DNA of 64,000 nucleotides from the human T2T-CHM13v2.0 reference genome, Homo sapiens. Positions within the stretch are counted from its first letter, which is position 1. Each line of letters opens with the position of its first letter. Location: assembly GCF_009914755.1 (NCBI RefSeq), contig NC_060932.1; one strand, written 5' to 3'. The notes beneath the pieces were generated by a model. That model ran no database searches, had not been told where the DNA came from, and saw only the letters and a program-made list of their open reading frames with translations. The position numbers and the translations under genes are program-made. Positions 43,480 to 56,173 of this stretch are shown here, piece by piece.

Positions 43480-46100
43480 TTCTACTTGCTTTGGCATTAT
43501 GCCATTTGGCATGTCCCCATCCAGGAGGGTAACAACACTATCTTTCACACCCGGGCCAAGAACACAGGAAAGTGAAGTAGAAGAGTGGATAAGGCCAATC
43601 CCACTAAGTAGAAGGCTAAGCAGTGCTGAGCCCTTAACAAAAGCCACAACTTCCAGCTGATCTTTACTGTGTTTCAAGACCTGTCACTCAGGGCCAGCTT
43701 CACGGTATGAGAACTGTACAGGCCCACAACACCCATGGTCAGAAGGTTCCCCTGTTTGTTTAATGATCTACTATTGCTGTCCTGAAATTTTTAATAATTT
43801 TATCTTTGAACTTATTTTTTGTAAGTTCAGTCTAATGGGATAATGAAGCGTGTGCATGAGCAGAAGAGATATTCACAGTAAGTTCTCTACTATTTCTTGT
43901 GATCTCACTTGCACATAGAGTTCATGGTGCCTCGTGAGCACAGAATTCTGATGGACCCATCATAGGTGAGAGTTCGGCGAGACTCAAAGCAAATGTGAGG
44001 TAAGCCTGTTATCAAAGTCATTTGTTTTGTTTCCATTGAGTATTGGTAGAATGTGTGCATATCAAGAAATGAAATAAGAACAATTTTGAGTTGGTATTTT
44101 TTGCAGTTTCTACTGGTTCAGTAACAACAATATACATATGCATATATGAGCTATGAAATATGAACTATGTAATTTCAGTGATTCTGGATATCAGTAAATG
44201 TTCTTATATTTTTGTTTAGAACTGCAATTGCACAAAATGAAGGTGAACAGTAGCAATCACACTTATGATGAAAAATTTTAATTTCTCTACTTAGAGCAGC
44301 GTTAAATAGCAAGTATAAAACACCACGATAACTTCAGAGAGACTTTGGAAGAAAGCAATAAAACGTTTTCTGTCTTATGCCTTTGATGGCACATTTTACT
44401 TTTTTTTAAATTTTTTTAAACAACGGGCCACACACTTTCATTTTGTCCTGGGCTAAACAAATTATTTAGCTTGCACTGATATCATTTCACTATTAAAAGA
44501 TATACAAAGGTTGACTTTGGTGATCCAGCTTCTGCAGAGTCAAGATTAGTAAGGATAAAATTTTTGGTGCAAAGTGGGAGTAAGGAAAACATTAGTAAGG
44601 ATAACATTTTTGGTGCAAAGTGGGAGAAGGAGAAGGAATAGCTCGGGAGGATGCTACCAAATTTGAGCCGCACAGTACATTCCGGTCTAGTACATTCTCG
44701 TCCCCTATAGTACTCTGTTCTTTACAGAAGGAGGAGTTTAAATGATCACCACTGTATGTGAGTCTGGGACCCCTTATCTGAAACTGCACCACTTTGGTAT
44801 ATTTACGTTGTGAAATCACTAGCTTTGGGTAACTGCTTCCTCCATATCCTGCTGCTGGCTGCAAACCTGCCCTGTGCAGACAACCCATTTCTTCTGCCTG
44901 ATCTGCTCAATAGCTCCACATCAAGTGCTTGAAGGTCAAGTTACATTTCAGGCTGGTATCCCTGTGCCATCAACAGCAGCAACCTACATGGTTGTCACCT
45001 TGTCAACAGTTAGCTGGAGGCCACATCAGAGAAGTGGAGCTCTTTGGCCAGGAAAGCCTGAAACAGGTGCACTTCCCTGACAGCAAGGACATACCCAGTA
45101 ACAAACAGCACTTCTACATCTACTAGCTGCTGGACATCCTGGACTATGGGCTCAGCTTCCAGCTGCAGGGCCAGAACTTGTATATCATCCAACTACGACA
45201 GCACAAAGTCTTCCGGAGTGAGCCTTGTACCTTATCCAACAGCTCCCACCTCAAACCAATCCAACAGAAAATGAAGTCCAAGCTCTTCAGTCTGAATCTT
45301 TTTCAATGAGCTCATCTCATTCCAAAAGGGCCAAACCAACACACAACCACGATTTGTGACCTCCTTTTTTAGGGAAGGGTATCTTGACTATAAGTCCTGA
45401 AACAAGAAATTCATTATTCTATAGATGGTGTATGGAGACTGAAGCTTGGTTGTTGCTGAAGTTCTTCTCAGGAGGGGTTCTTAATTGACTGATAGTATCT
45501 AGACATACATCTCAAAGACTGAACCATAAGGTAGAAAAGTTGAAGGAGCTCCATCACATCCAGCAATCTCATCAATTGCAGACTGTAATCCAGGCTTTCC
45601 TGAGCCCAACCTTGATGCTGGCCAGTGGCCCTGACTCATTCACCCACTTGACCCATAATACTGAAGCTGAAGAAAGCAACTAGCCCAGTCTTCCTAGAGG
45701 GCTTTGTAAATGGATGTGGAGGTTCCATGGAACCCATGGGCACCTTACCAGTTTTAGCCTTATGTCTTCTGCAGGGCCTTGCCTGGGACCAAGAATTGGA
45801 TTTTAATCAAAAGAAGAAAGAAGACAGAAATAACTAGCTATTTTTTTCCACAGAAGCTGAGGAGAGAGCTGAAAGACAGCTTTGGTTTCAGGGTTCCATT
45901 CTCCTCTGAATCTACCTCTACTGTCCTATTTCTGGCAGGCCTGGCTCTCAGGGATGCTCACCTTCTGCTCATGTTCCAAGGAACTCCCACAATCAAGGAT
46001 ACCTGGTTGCTTAAGGTGTATTGCCCCCAGGGGGCCTGCTCTCATGGCCTCCCCAGTTTCCACAGGCTGGAGGAGCCAGGGTTTGATTTTGGTCCCAGAG
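43480..46100 (+). pseudogene. IRF5P1: Processed pseudogene of interferon regulatory factor 5, interrupted by MER45B
   Basis: 43480-43688 reads FYLLWHYAIWHVPIQEGNNTIFHTRAKNTGK*SRRVDKANPTK*KAKQC*ALNKSHNFQLIF, versus IRF5 DBD [62 protein letters not shown]. From about 44490: KIY..., RMLPNLSRT, LLPDLL, EVELFGQESLKQVHFPDSKDIPSNKQHFYIY*LLDILDYGLSFQLQGQNLY, NELISFQKGQTNT, KELHHIQQS; stop at 45656-45658, then 3'UTR-like sequence. No introns; many stops and frameshifts. Confidence 0.93.
43689..44478 (+). mobile_element. MER45B-like hAT-Tip100 DNA transposon
   Basis: Termini cagggccagcttca... and ...ttcattttgtcctgggctaaacaaattatttagcttgcactg; eroded 8-bp TSD ctgtcact/atatcatt (5/8). Confidence 0.8.
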
Positions 46101-46109
46101 ATATGCTGG

Positions 46110-49100
46110 TCTCATAGAAAAAGTTTGAAAGTATTCACTTTTCTTCATTGTCTAGAAGAATTTGTGTGCATTGCCAGTGTTACTTTCTTAATTTTTGTGT
46201 AGAAATCTCCGAGGAAGCCACCAAAGCCTAGACTTTTTGTGGGAGAATTTTTAATACAAATACAATTTTTAAAGTAGATGTGGGACTATTCAAACTCTCT
46301 ACTTCTTTAGTGACCATTAGTAGTTTGTATACTGCAAAGAATTTGAACACATTATATACACTGGCAAATTTATTGAGATAAACTTGTTCATAATATTGCT
46401 TATATTCATTTTTATTTCTGTAGAATTGTGGTGACCTCACTTCTCATATTTCTGGTAGTGGCAGTTTGTCTTATTTTTCTGATCTCCTTGGCTAGAGCTT
46501 TAATTTTATTACCCTTCTTAAAGAAGCAGCTTTTATTTTTATTTTTTTCTATTGCTTTTCAGATTCTTATTTTATTGATTTCCATTTTTATCTTTATTTC
46601 ATTTTTCTGCTAACTTTGGATTTAATTTGCTCTTCTTGTTTTAGTTACTTTAGATAGAGATTGAAGCCATTGATTAGAGTATTTTCTGTCTTTTCTAATA
46701 TAGGAGATAAATAATATAAATTCCCCTCCAATCCATACTTAAGCTTCATCCCATGAATTTGAACATTTTTAAATTTTCATTTATTTAAAAAAACTTCTCA
46801 TTTCATTTTGATTTCTGATATGACTAATGGGTTACTTAGAATATGTTATTTACTTTCCAAATATTTGGAGATTATCCAGATAATTTCCTGTTAGTAATTT
46901 ACTATTTAATTCTGTTGCGGTTAGAGAATATACTTTCTATGATTTTCATTACTTAAGATGTATAGAAACTTATTTTATTATATAGGTTTTCTTGGTAAAT
47001 ATCCCATGTACACTTGAAAAGAATGCACATTCTGCTTTACTTCAATAGCATTCTATAAATTTCAGTTATGTCTAGTTGGTTAATAGAGTTGTTCAGATTT
47101 TGTATATCTCTACTGATTATGTCTACTTGTTTTAATAATTACTTGAGAAAGGTGTTTAACTCTCCTACTATAATTATGAATTTGTGCATTTCTTCTTGAA
47201 GTTTTATCAGTTTTCATGTATTTTAAAGCTTTGTCATTATGTGCATATGTTATATCCTCTAAGATTAACTGACTCCTTCATCATTATGAAATGACATTTT
47301 TCATCCCTGGTAATGTTCTTTGCTCTGAAATCTACTTTGTGTGATATTAATATAATCATGTCAGCTTTCTTTTGGTCAGTGTTAACATGGTTTTATTTTC
47401 CAGTCTTTTAACCAATTTCTGTCTTTATATTTTCAAGTGTTCTCTTTTTTGTAGACAACATGTAGTTGAGTCTTGTTTTTTAAAATCTAATTTGACTACA
47501 TCTGCCTTGTAATTGAGGTGTTAGACCATTTATGTTACTGTGATTGCTGATATAATTGGGTTTAAATGCACCATCTTGCTGTTTATTTTCTATACGTTCA
47601 ATCCCTTCTTTGTTCTCTTTTCTTTTGCTTTCTATTTTGGAATTATAGAATACTTTTATGATTCTATTTAATTTCCTTTGCTGACTTCATAGCTGTAACT
47701 TTTTAATGGTTTTTTTGTGGCTTATAATATAGCTGTTTAACTTACCACCATCTACCTTTAAGAAATATTATATTATTTCACATATAGTTAAAGAAGCTTG
47801 ATGCAGTATATTTCCATTTCTACAGTCTTTGTGCTATTGTCATGTATTTTATCTCTCTATATATATTAAACCCAACAATACATGTGATTATTTTTGCTGT
47901 AACAATTCAATATTCTTTTAAAGAGATTTTTAAAATGTGAAAAAATGTATATTTACCCACATATTTACCATTTCCAGTGCTCTTTGTTCCTTTGTGTGGA
48001 TCCATGTTGCCATCTGGTATTATTTTCTCTTTACTTAAAAGACTTTCTTGAGCATTTTGTATGAAGTGTGCTTTCTGGTGATGAAGTCTTTCACCTTTTG
48101 TATGTCTAAATAAGTCTTTATGTTTCATTTATTTTTGAATGATATTTTTGCTGGGTATATAATTCTAAGTCAACAGTTTTCATTTCAGTACTTTAATGAC
48201 GTTCACTACTTTAAAGGGACTTCAAATACATATGCATTAGGCTACTTGGTATGTTCATACTTTTCTCTTTTTTTCTCTCTGTATATAATTTCAAATCGAT
48301 TTTTTTGCTTCATAGCTATATATTCAAGTTCGCTCATATTTTCCAATATTAATTCCATCTAGTACATTTTTAATCAGACATTTTTCCCTATATTTGGAAG
48401 TTTAAATTGGTACTTTTTAATACCATCTGTATCTTTCCTTAACATACTTATCCTTTTCTCTACCCTCCTGATCATTGGGAAGATAGTTATAACTGCTTAT
48501 CATCCTTTTCTACTAACTATATTATCTAAATTACTTCTTACTCTATTACTATTGATTGAAATTTGTTTTCATTATGTGGAGCATATTTTCTTATTTGTTT
48601 TCACACCTGGGCATTTTTTTATTGAATGCTAGACATTTTTAATTTTACCTTGTTGGGTTCTGGATATTTTTGTGTGTTCATACAAATATTCTTGAGCTTT
48701 CTTTTGAAGTACAATTGTCATGTAGAAACAGTGTAATCCTTTTGAGATTTAAGTTTTGTTAGGCAGAAACAGAGAAGCATTTAGTCTCTGAATTTTGTCT
48801 TACTATTGACCTAGTTATAGCCATTGCTCTTGGAACTATGTTGTATTTCCATTTTTGCTGGAATAAATACAAACTATTTCTGACCATGTGTTGGTCTTAT
48901 GGATTTTTCTCTCTGCTTTTTCCAGGTGATTCATTTCTCAAATGCAGATTATTTCCTCATATTCATTCATCAATCAGTACTCAGTTGAATTTTCAAGAGG
49001 AATGCATTGTATCTATCCAGAGCTCTTACTCTGTAGTTGTCTCCTGTCTGACACCTTTCCCGGTGAATTGTAGCTGCTTTGACTTTGCCAGACTCCCAAC

Positions 49101-49362
49101 TACATCTTCTTAACTCAGGCACACCACCAGGCTCTACCTGGGTCTCCTCTCCATGTGCTGTGGCCTGGAAACTTTGGCTCTAATCACAGGCATTCATAGC
49201 CCTTATGCATTTGTTTACTCCCTCTTTGGGATTTTTGTCCCATGATACTTGATGCCCAGTGCCTGAAAACCATTGTTTAATAGATGTTGTCCAAATTTTC
49301 AGTGATTTCAGCTGAAGTTTAAATCCAATTTCTGTTAGTTCATCATGGCTGGGAGCAGAAGT
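46110..49362 (-). mobile_element. L1MC/MD-type element (ORF2 5' half to 5'UTR)
   Basis: Continuous antisense L1M motifs ending catcatggctgggagcagaagt (L1M 5' start). Confidence 0.85.
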
Positions 49363-49854
49363 TTTGAGCCGCTCAATTTGTATTCAAAAATTATTTATCG
49401 TAATTTGGGGGGTCTAGGAGGATGTTTCATTTGTAACCAGAGGATTTGTACTGCCACTATAAGCATGTGACAGCAGTAAGAATAAAGTCCACTTTAAACT
49501 TAATTGAAGTGTATGGACCTCAAGTTTTGAACTGCAAACATTTGAAAACTCACTTATGGGTACAACTTCTCAGGGATTTGTTTTTCCTTTCTCTGCTCAG
49601 AGTCAGGGCAACCACAGTCCTTTGGTGACAGGAATGAACATATTTATTTTTGCATTTTTGCTTACTCCTTATATTAAGGTTTCCAACTCAATGTTTGAGA
49701 GATTCTTACTATATTTTCCAACTTGAGTGAGCTCTGGTTGTGAAAAGCACTGAAGGCTGCGAAAATCACTGAAGTTTTCAGCTGTGACATACACCCTCAG
49801 GACATAAGCAATTTTACTATTCCTGCTACTAGTGGAAATACAGCTGATCCAATG

Positions 49855-50255
49855 AACACTTATTGCATAACACACCACCATGAATCAGTGGTATAAAACA
49901 ACAATGATTTTCTCATGTCAAAAATCTGTGGGTCAAGAATTTGGACAGGATTCAGCAGAAAGTGTTTGTTCCATAATATCTGGGGTCTCAGCTGGGACAC
50001 CCTAAATGCTGGGGAATGACTCAAATGGCTGGCAGTTGGAATCATCTTTAAGCTTTTCTGCATAATTGTCTGCTACCTGGGTTATGATAAGATGAAAGCT
50101 TAGCTGTGTTTAGGTGGAACTGTTGACAGGAGGACCTGTGTATAACCTCTCAGAGTGTATTGGAATTCTCACAGCAATGTCAGATCACGTTATAGAAGAT
50201 CTGTAGGATGAAAGACACTGTTGTCACTCTCTGGAAGATGCAGTTTGCAATATCC
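49855..50255 (-). mobile_element. MLT1 LTR
   Basis: tgcataacacaccacc...agtggtataaaacaac...tctgtgggtcaagaatttggacagg. Confidence 0.7.
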
Positions 50256-50359
50256 TTTCAAATTTTTTCATATATATCCAATGTTTTTAGTTGTTTTCAC
50301 TGTGAAGAATTCCAGAATGCCAGAGGTCAATCTGAACATTTAAGCCTAAGCATATCACC

Positions 50360-52720
50360 AGATATGGAACTCTCAACTTTCATATATATTTTAGAATCAA
50401 TTTTTCAGGTTCCACAAAAAATCTTAGTGGTATATGGATGGGTATTGCAAAGACCTTGCCATTAACTTTTAAATGGTTTTTTGTAATAACAATTGTCCTT
50501 ATTCTTGAACTTACTTTTTTTAATATCTTATTAAAGTTTCACATTTTTCTACATTCAGGTCATGTATTCCTTTCTGTTTATTACTCAAATATTATAGTTT
50601 TATAGTTTTCTTAATGGCAACTACTACATTTTACTATATTTTCTAATTGGTTGCTAATGGTCCCTCATTTGTGAAAAAGCTTGCATATTCATCTTGTATT
50701 TTCCCATTCAACTTACTTTAATTTCTTAGTTGTTTTAAAAGTTTGTTTGCAGATTGTCATAAAATTTGAAGTCATGTAGCAATAATGATAGACTGTCTTG
50801 AAATTATATATGAAAGATAGAGTTGCTTCTTCCCTTTAACTGTATATATCATTTTATTTTCATTATTTCATTAGTTGGACTTCTAGCATAATGTTGAAGA
50901 ATAGCAACAATAGAGGGTGTCTTCATCTCAATATCAACTCAAATTAGAAAGATTTATAATGTCTCACCATTAGATCTGATGTTCACTTAAATTTCTGGTA
51001 CTTTATTAAGTTAAGAACACTCTATTTTGGACTTCTTTTACTAAATGTCTTTATTACTAATGAGTATTTATTTCCAGTAAATGTTTGTCACTACTCATTG
51101 AAATGAACAAATAATGTTTCATTGTTAATATATATTAATAGGTATTCTAATATGGGAATTTACTTTATCTAGAGAAATGCTATTTGATTATTCCTTTTTA
51201 AAATATGCTACTCAAATTTGACTTGTTAATACTTTATGTTTTTGCATTTATTTTATAATTGGCATATGGGGGTGTGTGTGTGTGTGTGTCTGCACTCACG
51301 CGCGTGTGTGTTCATTTTGGTACCTGTTGAATACACTAGCTTCATAAAATGAGTTAGGTAGCTTCATCTCATTTTCTTTGTTACGAAAATCTTTGTACAA
51401 GATGGGAAATTGTTTATTTTGTAAAGAGTTGGCAGAACTCACTATCTGGGTAAAAAGTATCTGGACCTGGTGCTGCTTCAGTTTCTTCTAGGGTTAAATG
51501 TTAAATTCAGTTATTCTACTATCACATGAACAGACTTAGAAATGCATACTTTCCTAGAAGTATATACATTTTATGTAGGTTTTATGTAGGTTTTAAAATT
51601 AATGGCATATAATTACTCATTCTCTTATATTTTAAATGTTACTCAGTTCCACTGTCAATTTTGGGATTCATAATGTGTTTCTCCTTTAGTTTTTTTCATA
51701 ATCATATTTTCCAGTTTTTTGATTATTAATATATCTAAAAAGCTAGCTTTTGATTTCTGTTAAATAACTTTAGAAATATTTTTGCCATTTCATTTTCATT
51801 TTATTAATATATATTTCATTTTTATTAATTTATTTCTGGTTTTTCTAAGTTCTATGCTTTAATTTAATTTTATCTTTATTATTTTATAATAATGCCTCTA
51901 GGTGCATAAATTTTTCTCTGAGTTCTATTATGAGCATGGAGTATACATTTTGATAAATATCCTTTGAAAATAGCTTATAATTAATGTATCTTTTCTTCTT
52001 AATAAATTATTATTTAGAAGCATCTTCTTTACTTGATAGTTTTATAGGTTTGAAGGGAACTTAAAGCAGAGCTATTTTTTGTGATTAATTTCTTGTTTTC
52101 GTGCAATACGTTCAGTGAATAAAGCCTGTTCGTGAGGTCTGTTTTCGGTGGCTTTTTTGAGGTCTCTTTGTAGTTTATTAGTACATGGTCATTTGTTTCT
52201 CATTTCTTTTGATCTCTCTTTTGTGCTAAATCCTCTGTTGAATATAAACTTCTAAAAAATTCTATGTCTATCTATTAGATCAAGCTCGTTGTGTTACACA
52301 AATAGTTTATATCATTATTTATTATGTATTTCTATTTCAAACTCATGAAATCAATAGTTTCTAATAGTAAGTTTTAAACTTTCTCACTATGATTGTGGAT
52401 TTATCCTTTTTTATATTTTTTAGTTTCACCTTATGTATTTTGTAACTATGTTGATTGGTACATAAAGAACCATTACTGCAATATACTGTTAAAATTCCTA
52501 TGTTATATTAAGTCAGTATAAAATATCTATTTCTGTCCCTTTAAGGCTGTTTACTGTAAATTCTAAATGGTCTAATATTAACATTGCTATACTTTTTAAC
52601 AATTTACTGGCTTATTTGTTTTCATTTTTTTATTACTCCAATATTTCTGTGTCATTTTGTTTTGAATAAGCTTTTCTATTGCCAACGAATGCAGTCTGAT
52701 TTGAGTCTTCTAAATTTTCT
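50360..52720 (-). mobile_element. L1ME-type fragments, with (GT)n at 51271-51310
   Basis: Degenerate antisense ORF2 motifs (ataatgttgaagaatagc, ctagcttcataaaatgagttagg, tctcactatgattgtggatttatc). Confidence 0.7.
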
Positions 52721-53799
52721 CATAGTTGCCATACTAAAAAGAGATATCTTTCTCATTTTTGAGTGTAATCATGTATATTTTAAAAATATTTTAACTATCA
52801 ACTCCAGGAAATTGAAATAGAAAGAGAGGGTGGAGCATTTACCTAGTGTGCCACTGTAGCATTTTTAGACTTACAGCTTACTATGACATCTCAAGGGTAT
52901 TACTTTTTTATATGAAAATAATAACTTTTATTATATATTATGAACAATTCAATAAAGCCTTATTTTCGAGATATCTAAAAATAAGTTTAAATAAGGTTTT
53001 CTGTTTTTCCTTAGAAAAATAAATATTTAAAATTATCAATAATTATTGAAAAAGAATTATTAATTTTGTAAATTGGACATCTTTTTGACAGTTTTTTATT
53101 TGAAATCTGGTAAATTAGCAGTTGCATAATTTTCAGTACTACATCACCTGGATATTTTTCTATGGAATATATAGTTTGGAGATTCAGTTAAAGAAGAGAA
53201 AACTAGATAGCTGGCCTATCATTAATTTTAGTAGTGTATATTCCTTGAATTTCAATAGAAATAAAGATTTATGTATTACGTGTTTCTTATGGAATATTAA
53301 AATATAACTGTACTCTGAAAACTCAATAAAGTATTTTGTCAGTCAACAAAATGCATGTGTACAAAACAAGACAACATTTCTTCAGTAACCTGACATTTAC
53401 TGAATTAACTCTATCTTGTTTAGTGGTAGGGAATGTCCAGGATGAAGGAGAGGTTATGACTGACTGCTTTCCAATTTTCTTGTCCTGGAACATTGGCCAG
53501 ATGTCATGCAAAAATCAGAAAATATTTTGCTATTGTTAAATGGTTGAATAGATTAAGAATACGTTGGTCTTTTAAGTGTTCCCATAGAATCAGATGCTGC
53601 AAATATCAATGGGAGACATTATATTCTTTTTATATGCAACCATCTTCTGCTTTTATGCATTCCAAAAAGGGTCACATTATAACTCCAGAAGTAGGATGAA
53701 GTTGTAATCTGATACTAAGACTTCTTCCTCCTCCTAGGTAAGGGAGGGTGGTGCTTAAAGAAAGCTGGAACCCACTGCAATCCATTTTGAAGAGTGTCG

Positions 53800-54000
53800 G
53801 GTCCTTGCTGAACTGAATTTGAATGCTGGGTCTATTCAATCTATAAGTGACACATTGGGTAGATTATTTAATGTCTCTGTGCCTTAATGTTCTCATTTAT
53901 GAAATTAGGATAACAATATCCAGTTCATATGGCTGCTGTAAAAATCAAATAAGATAATGTTTTTAAAGTTACAAATACAATGAAGCCATGGTAGAAATTG
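53800..54000 (+). mobile_element. MIR
   Basis: tctctgtgccttaatgttctcatttatgaaattaggataaca. Confidence 0.75.
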
Positions 54001-54224
54001 TATATTTTAAAAAATTAAAACTGATTCTAAATTATTTTTATTTACTCTAGAAGTGCTGGACTAAGGAGACAGCAGGGTTGCTACCCATGCTCTGGGACAC
54101 TACTAGTTTTGTCAGACTGCTGAAATAGAAATAATGTCACAGAAGACACAAGGCAGAGGCAGACAGAGGAGAGAAAAATCTCAATTCAAGTCAAAACAAA
54201 AGATTTTGTGACTGTTCTTATACA

Positions 54225-54653
54225 CAAACTAGATTAACTGCTATAAAAAAACAACAGTCAAATTTCAGTGGCTTAACATAGTAAAGATTTATTTCCTGCT
54301 GACTCCTCAGTAGAATGCAAGTAGGCAGTGAAGCCTCTGTGCCATGCAGTAATTCATGGAGTCAGTCTTCCTTAACCTAGAGGTTTCATTATTCCTAGTG
54401 TCTTGAAGATCGCAGGTTAATTTATTACATCTGGCAAGCAAGAAGTAAAAGAAAGTAAGAATAAAGAATCACATGGGTGTATTTTTAGGGACCATACAAA
54501 CAAAAAGTATGTATAATTTCTGAATTTCTCATATTGTATTTGCCAGAACTCAGTCACATGTTCTCACTTACTGGGAGAGGGGAGGCTTGCAGATGTAATC
54601 TGTGTGTTTAAGGTGGAAAGAAATTGGTAAACACATAGTGTCATTTCTGCCAC
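54225..54653 (-). mobile_element. MLT1J/K-like LTR
   Basis: aatttcagtggcttaacatagtaaagatttatttc; gccagaactcagtcacatg; ends tctgccaca. Confidence 0.7.
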
Positions 54654-54849
54654 AGATGTGGTTTGATCAGGTGCCAGGATAAGGGGCGAGAGTCCACTGA
54701 ACTTTTCAATTTCCTCACTTAAGTTTTTTCACACTCTTTTCTTATGGTCTTCAAAATAAACATACAATTATTGCTTAAACTGAAAAATAAACATGAGAAT
54801 GGTTTGGGATTTGCTAATCAGTTCAGCTCAACAGGTTTTAGTTCAGTGC

Positions 54850-55400
54850 TGTATTCCTATGCCTAATTCTGTAAATTTGGTCAAGTCACTCCGACCTCTC
54901 CAAGTTTCGGTTACGTGAAAAATATCTATTTGTCTAAATCACAGAAATGGAATGCTAAATTGAGATAATACATGAAAATGTATTTATAAATTAGGAAGTG
55001 AGAGGCATTATTTTTGCTAATGAAAGATGGTTGAAAATATACTATAATACTGACTTGGCATTCCATTACCACTCTGCCCTGTCTTCATCAAGTCTATTAG
55101 CATCCCTGTGCAAATAATGCTGCTTAAATGTCAGGCATATATTTGAATTTCACATGTGTTATACAGCTGGAATCTATGTTTATTTAACACTTTCTTATAC
55201 TGACAGAGTCCAAATAGGTTATGATATAAAAACAGTATGAAGTCATCACAGTGAACCAGATCCTACCATTACACGAGCCAAGGATTTGAAAGGCAAAGAT
55301 TCAGATTATGTCAAGGGGGAAAAAAGTGTTTCTAGAGGTCAAGTTGGACAGGGATCTGAAAAGTGTGAGTTCAGTTGGTCATAAGCATTATTTAGATGTG
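54850..55400. mobile_element. MIR (+) and L2 (-) fragments
   Basis: ttggtcaagtcactccgacctctccaagtttc; acacttt...tcctaccatt. Confidence 0.45.
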
Positions 55401-56125
55401 AGAATAAAAAAGAAAGCATAATATAGGTCTTACTTAATCTAACTATTCATCAAAGGATTGAAAACAGAAAATCATTTAGTTTGCCTTTTATTGTTACAGA
55501 CATTATTCGACCTTTCGAAACATATTTCCTTTGCAATAAATCATCACTTATTTAACATTCATAACCCTATTTTTAATCAACTAAATGGAAACTTAAGATA
55601 AAATAATTTTCCATGTAAAACAGAAGATATGCCAGTTTTATGAAAGTCCAGGTTATTATTTTAGGTAGGCTGGAAAATGATTATTTTGTTTCTCTCTCTT
55701 CTCTTCTTTACCATTTTGCCTTTCCTCCACTGTCTTCATTATTTTTCCACAGGTTATCTTGACTGTATAGACATTTTGTGTGTTTTCATATTCCATAATA
55801 TCTGGAAACCACAAAAAAGAATACTCAACTGTTGTGTATAATGCAGCTCTTGTTACTTCTGAGATAAATTTAAGAATAAATTCCTTATTCTTGCAATTTT
55901 AATGAAAAATTTATCTTAGCCTTTGATGTTTCTAAAGCTAATAAACTTATTGTCCTAATTATTTTCCTAGACTGAAATCTGATACTATTATACGTTTGTT
56001 TCATTTGTTTTCTTTGTTTCAAAGTCAAATGACACTGTGATTGATTTTGAATGACCATATTGTGCTTCAAAGTTAAAGACCATTTCTTGAACACATAGTT
56101 GTTTTGGCTTATATGTGAGATTATC

Positions 56126-56173
56126 TGTGTGTGTGTGTGTGTGCACGCGCACGCATGCACATGCACATGCACA
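56126..56173. repeat. (TG)n/(CA)n alternating purine-pyrimidine tract
   Basis: tgtgtg...tgcacgcgcacgcatgcacatgcacatgcaca. Confidence 0.9.
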
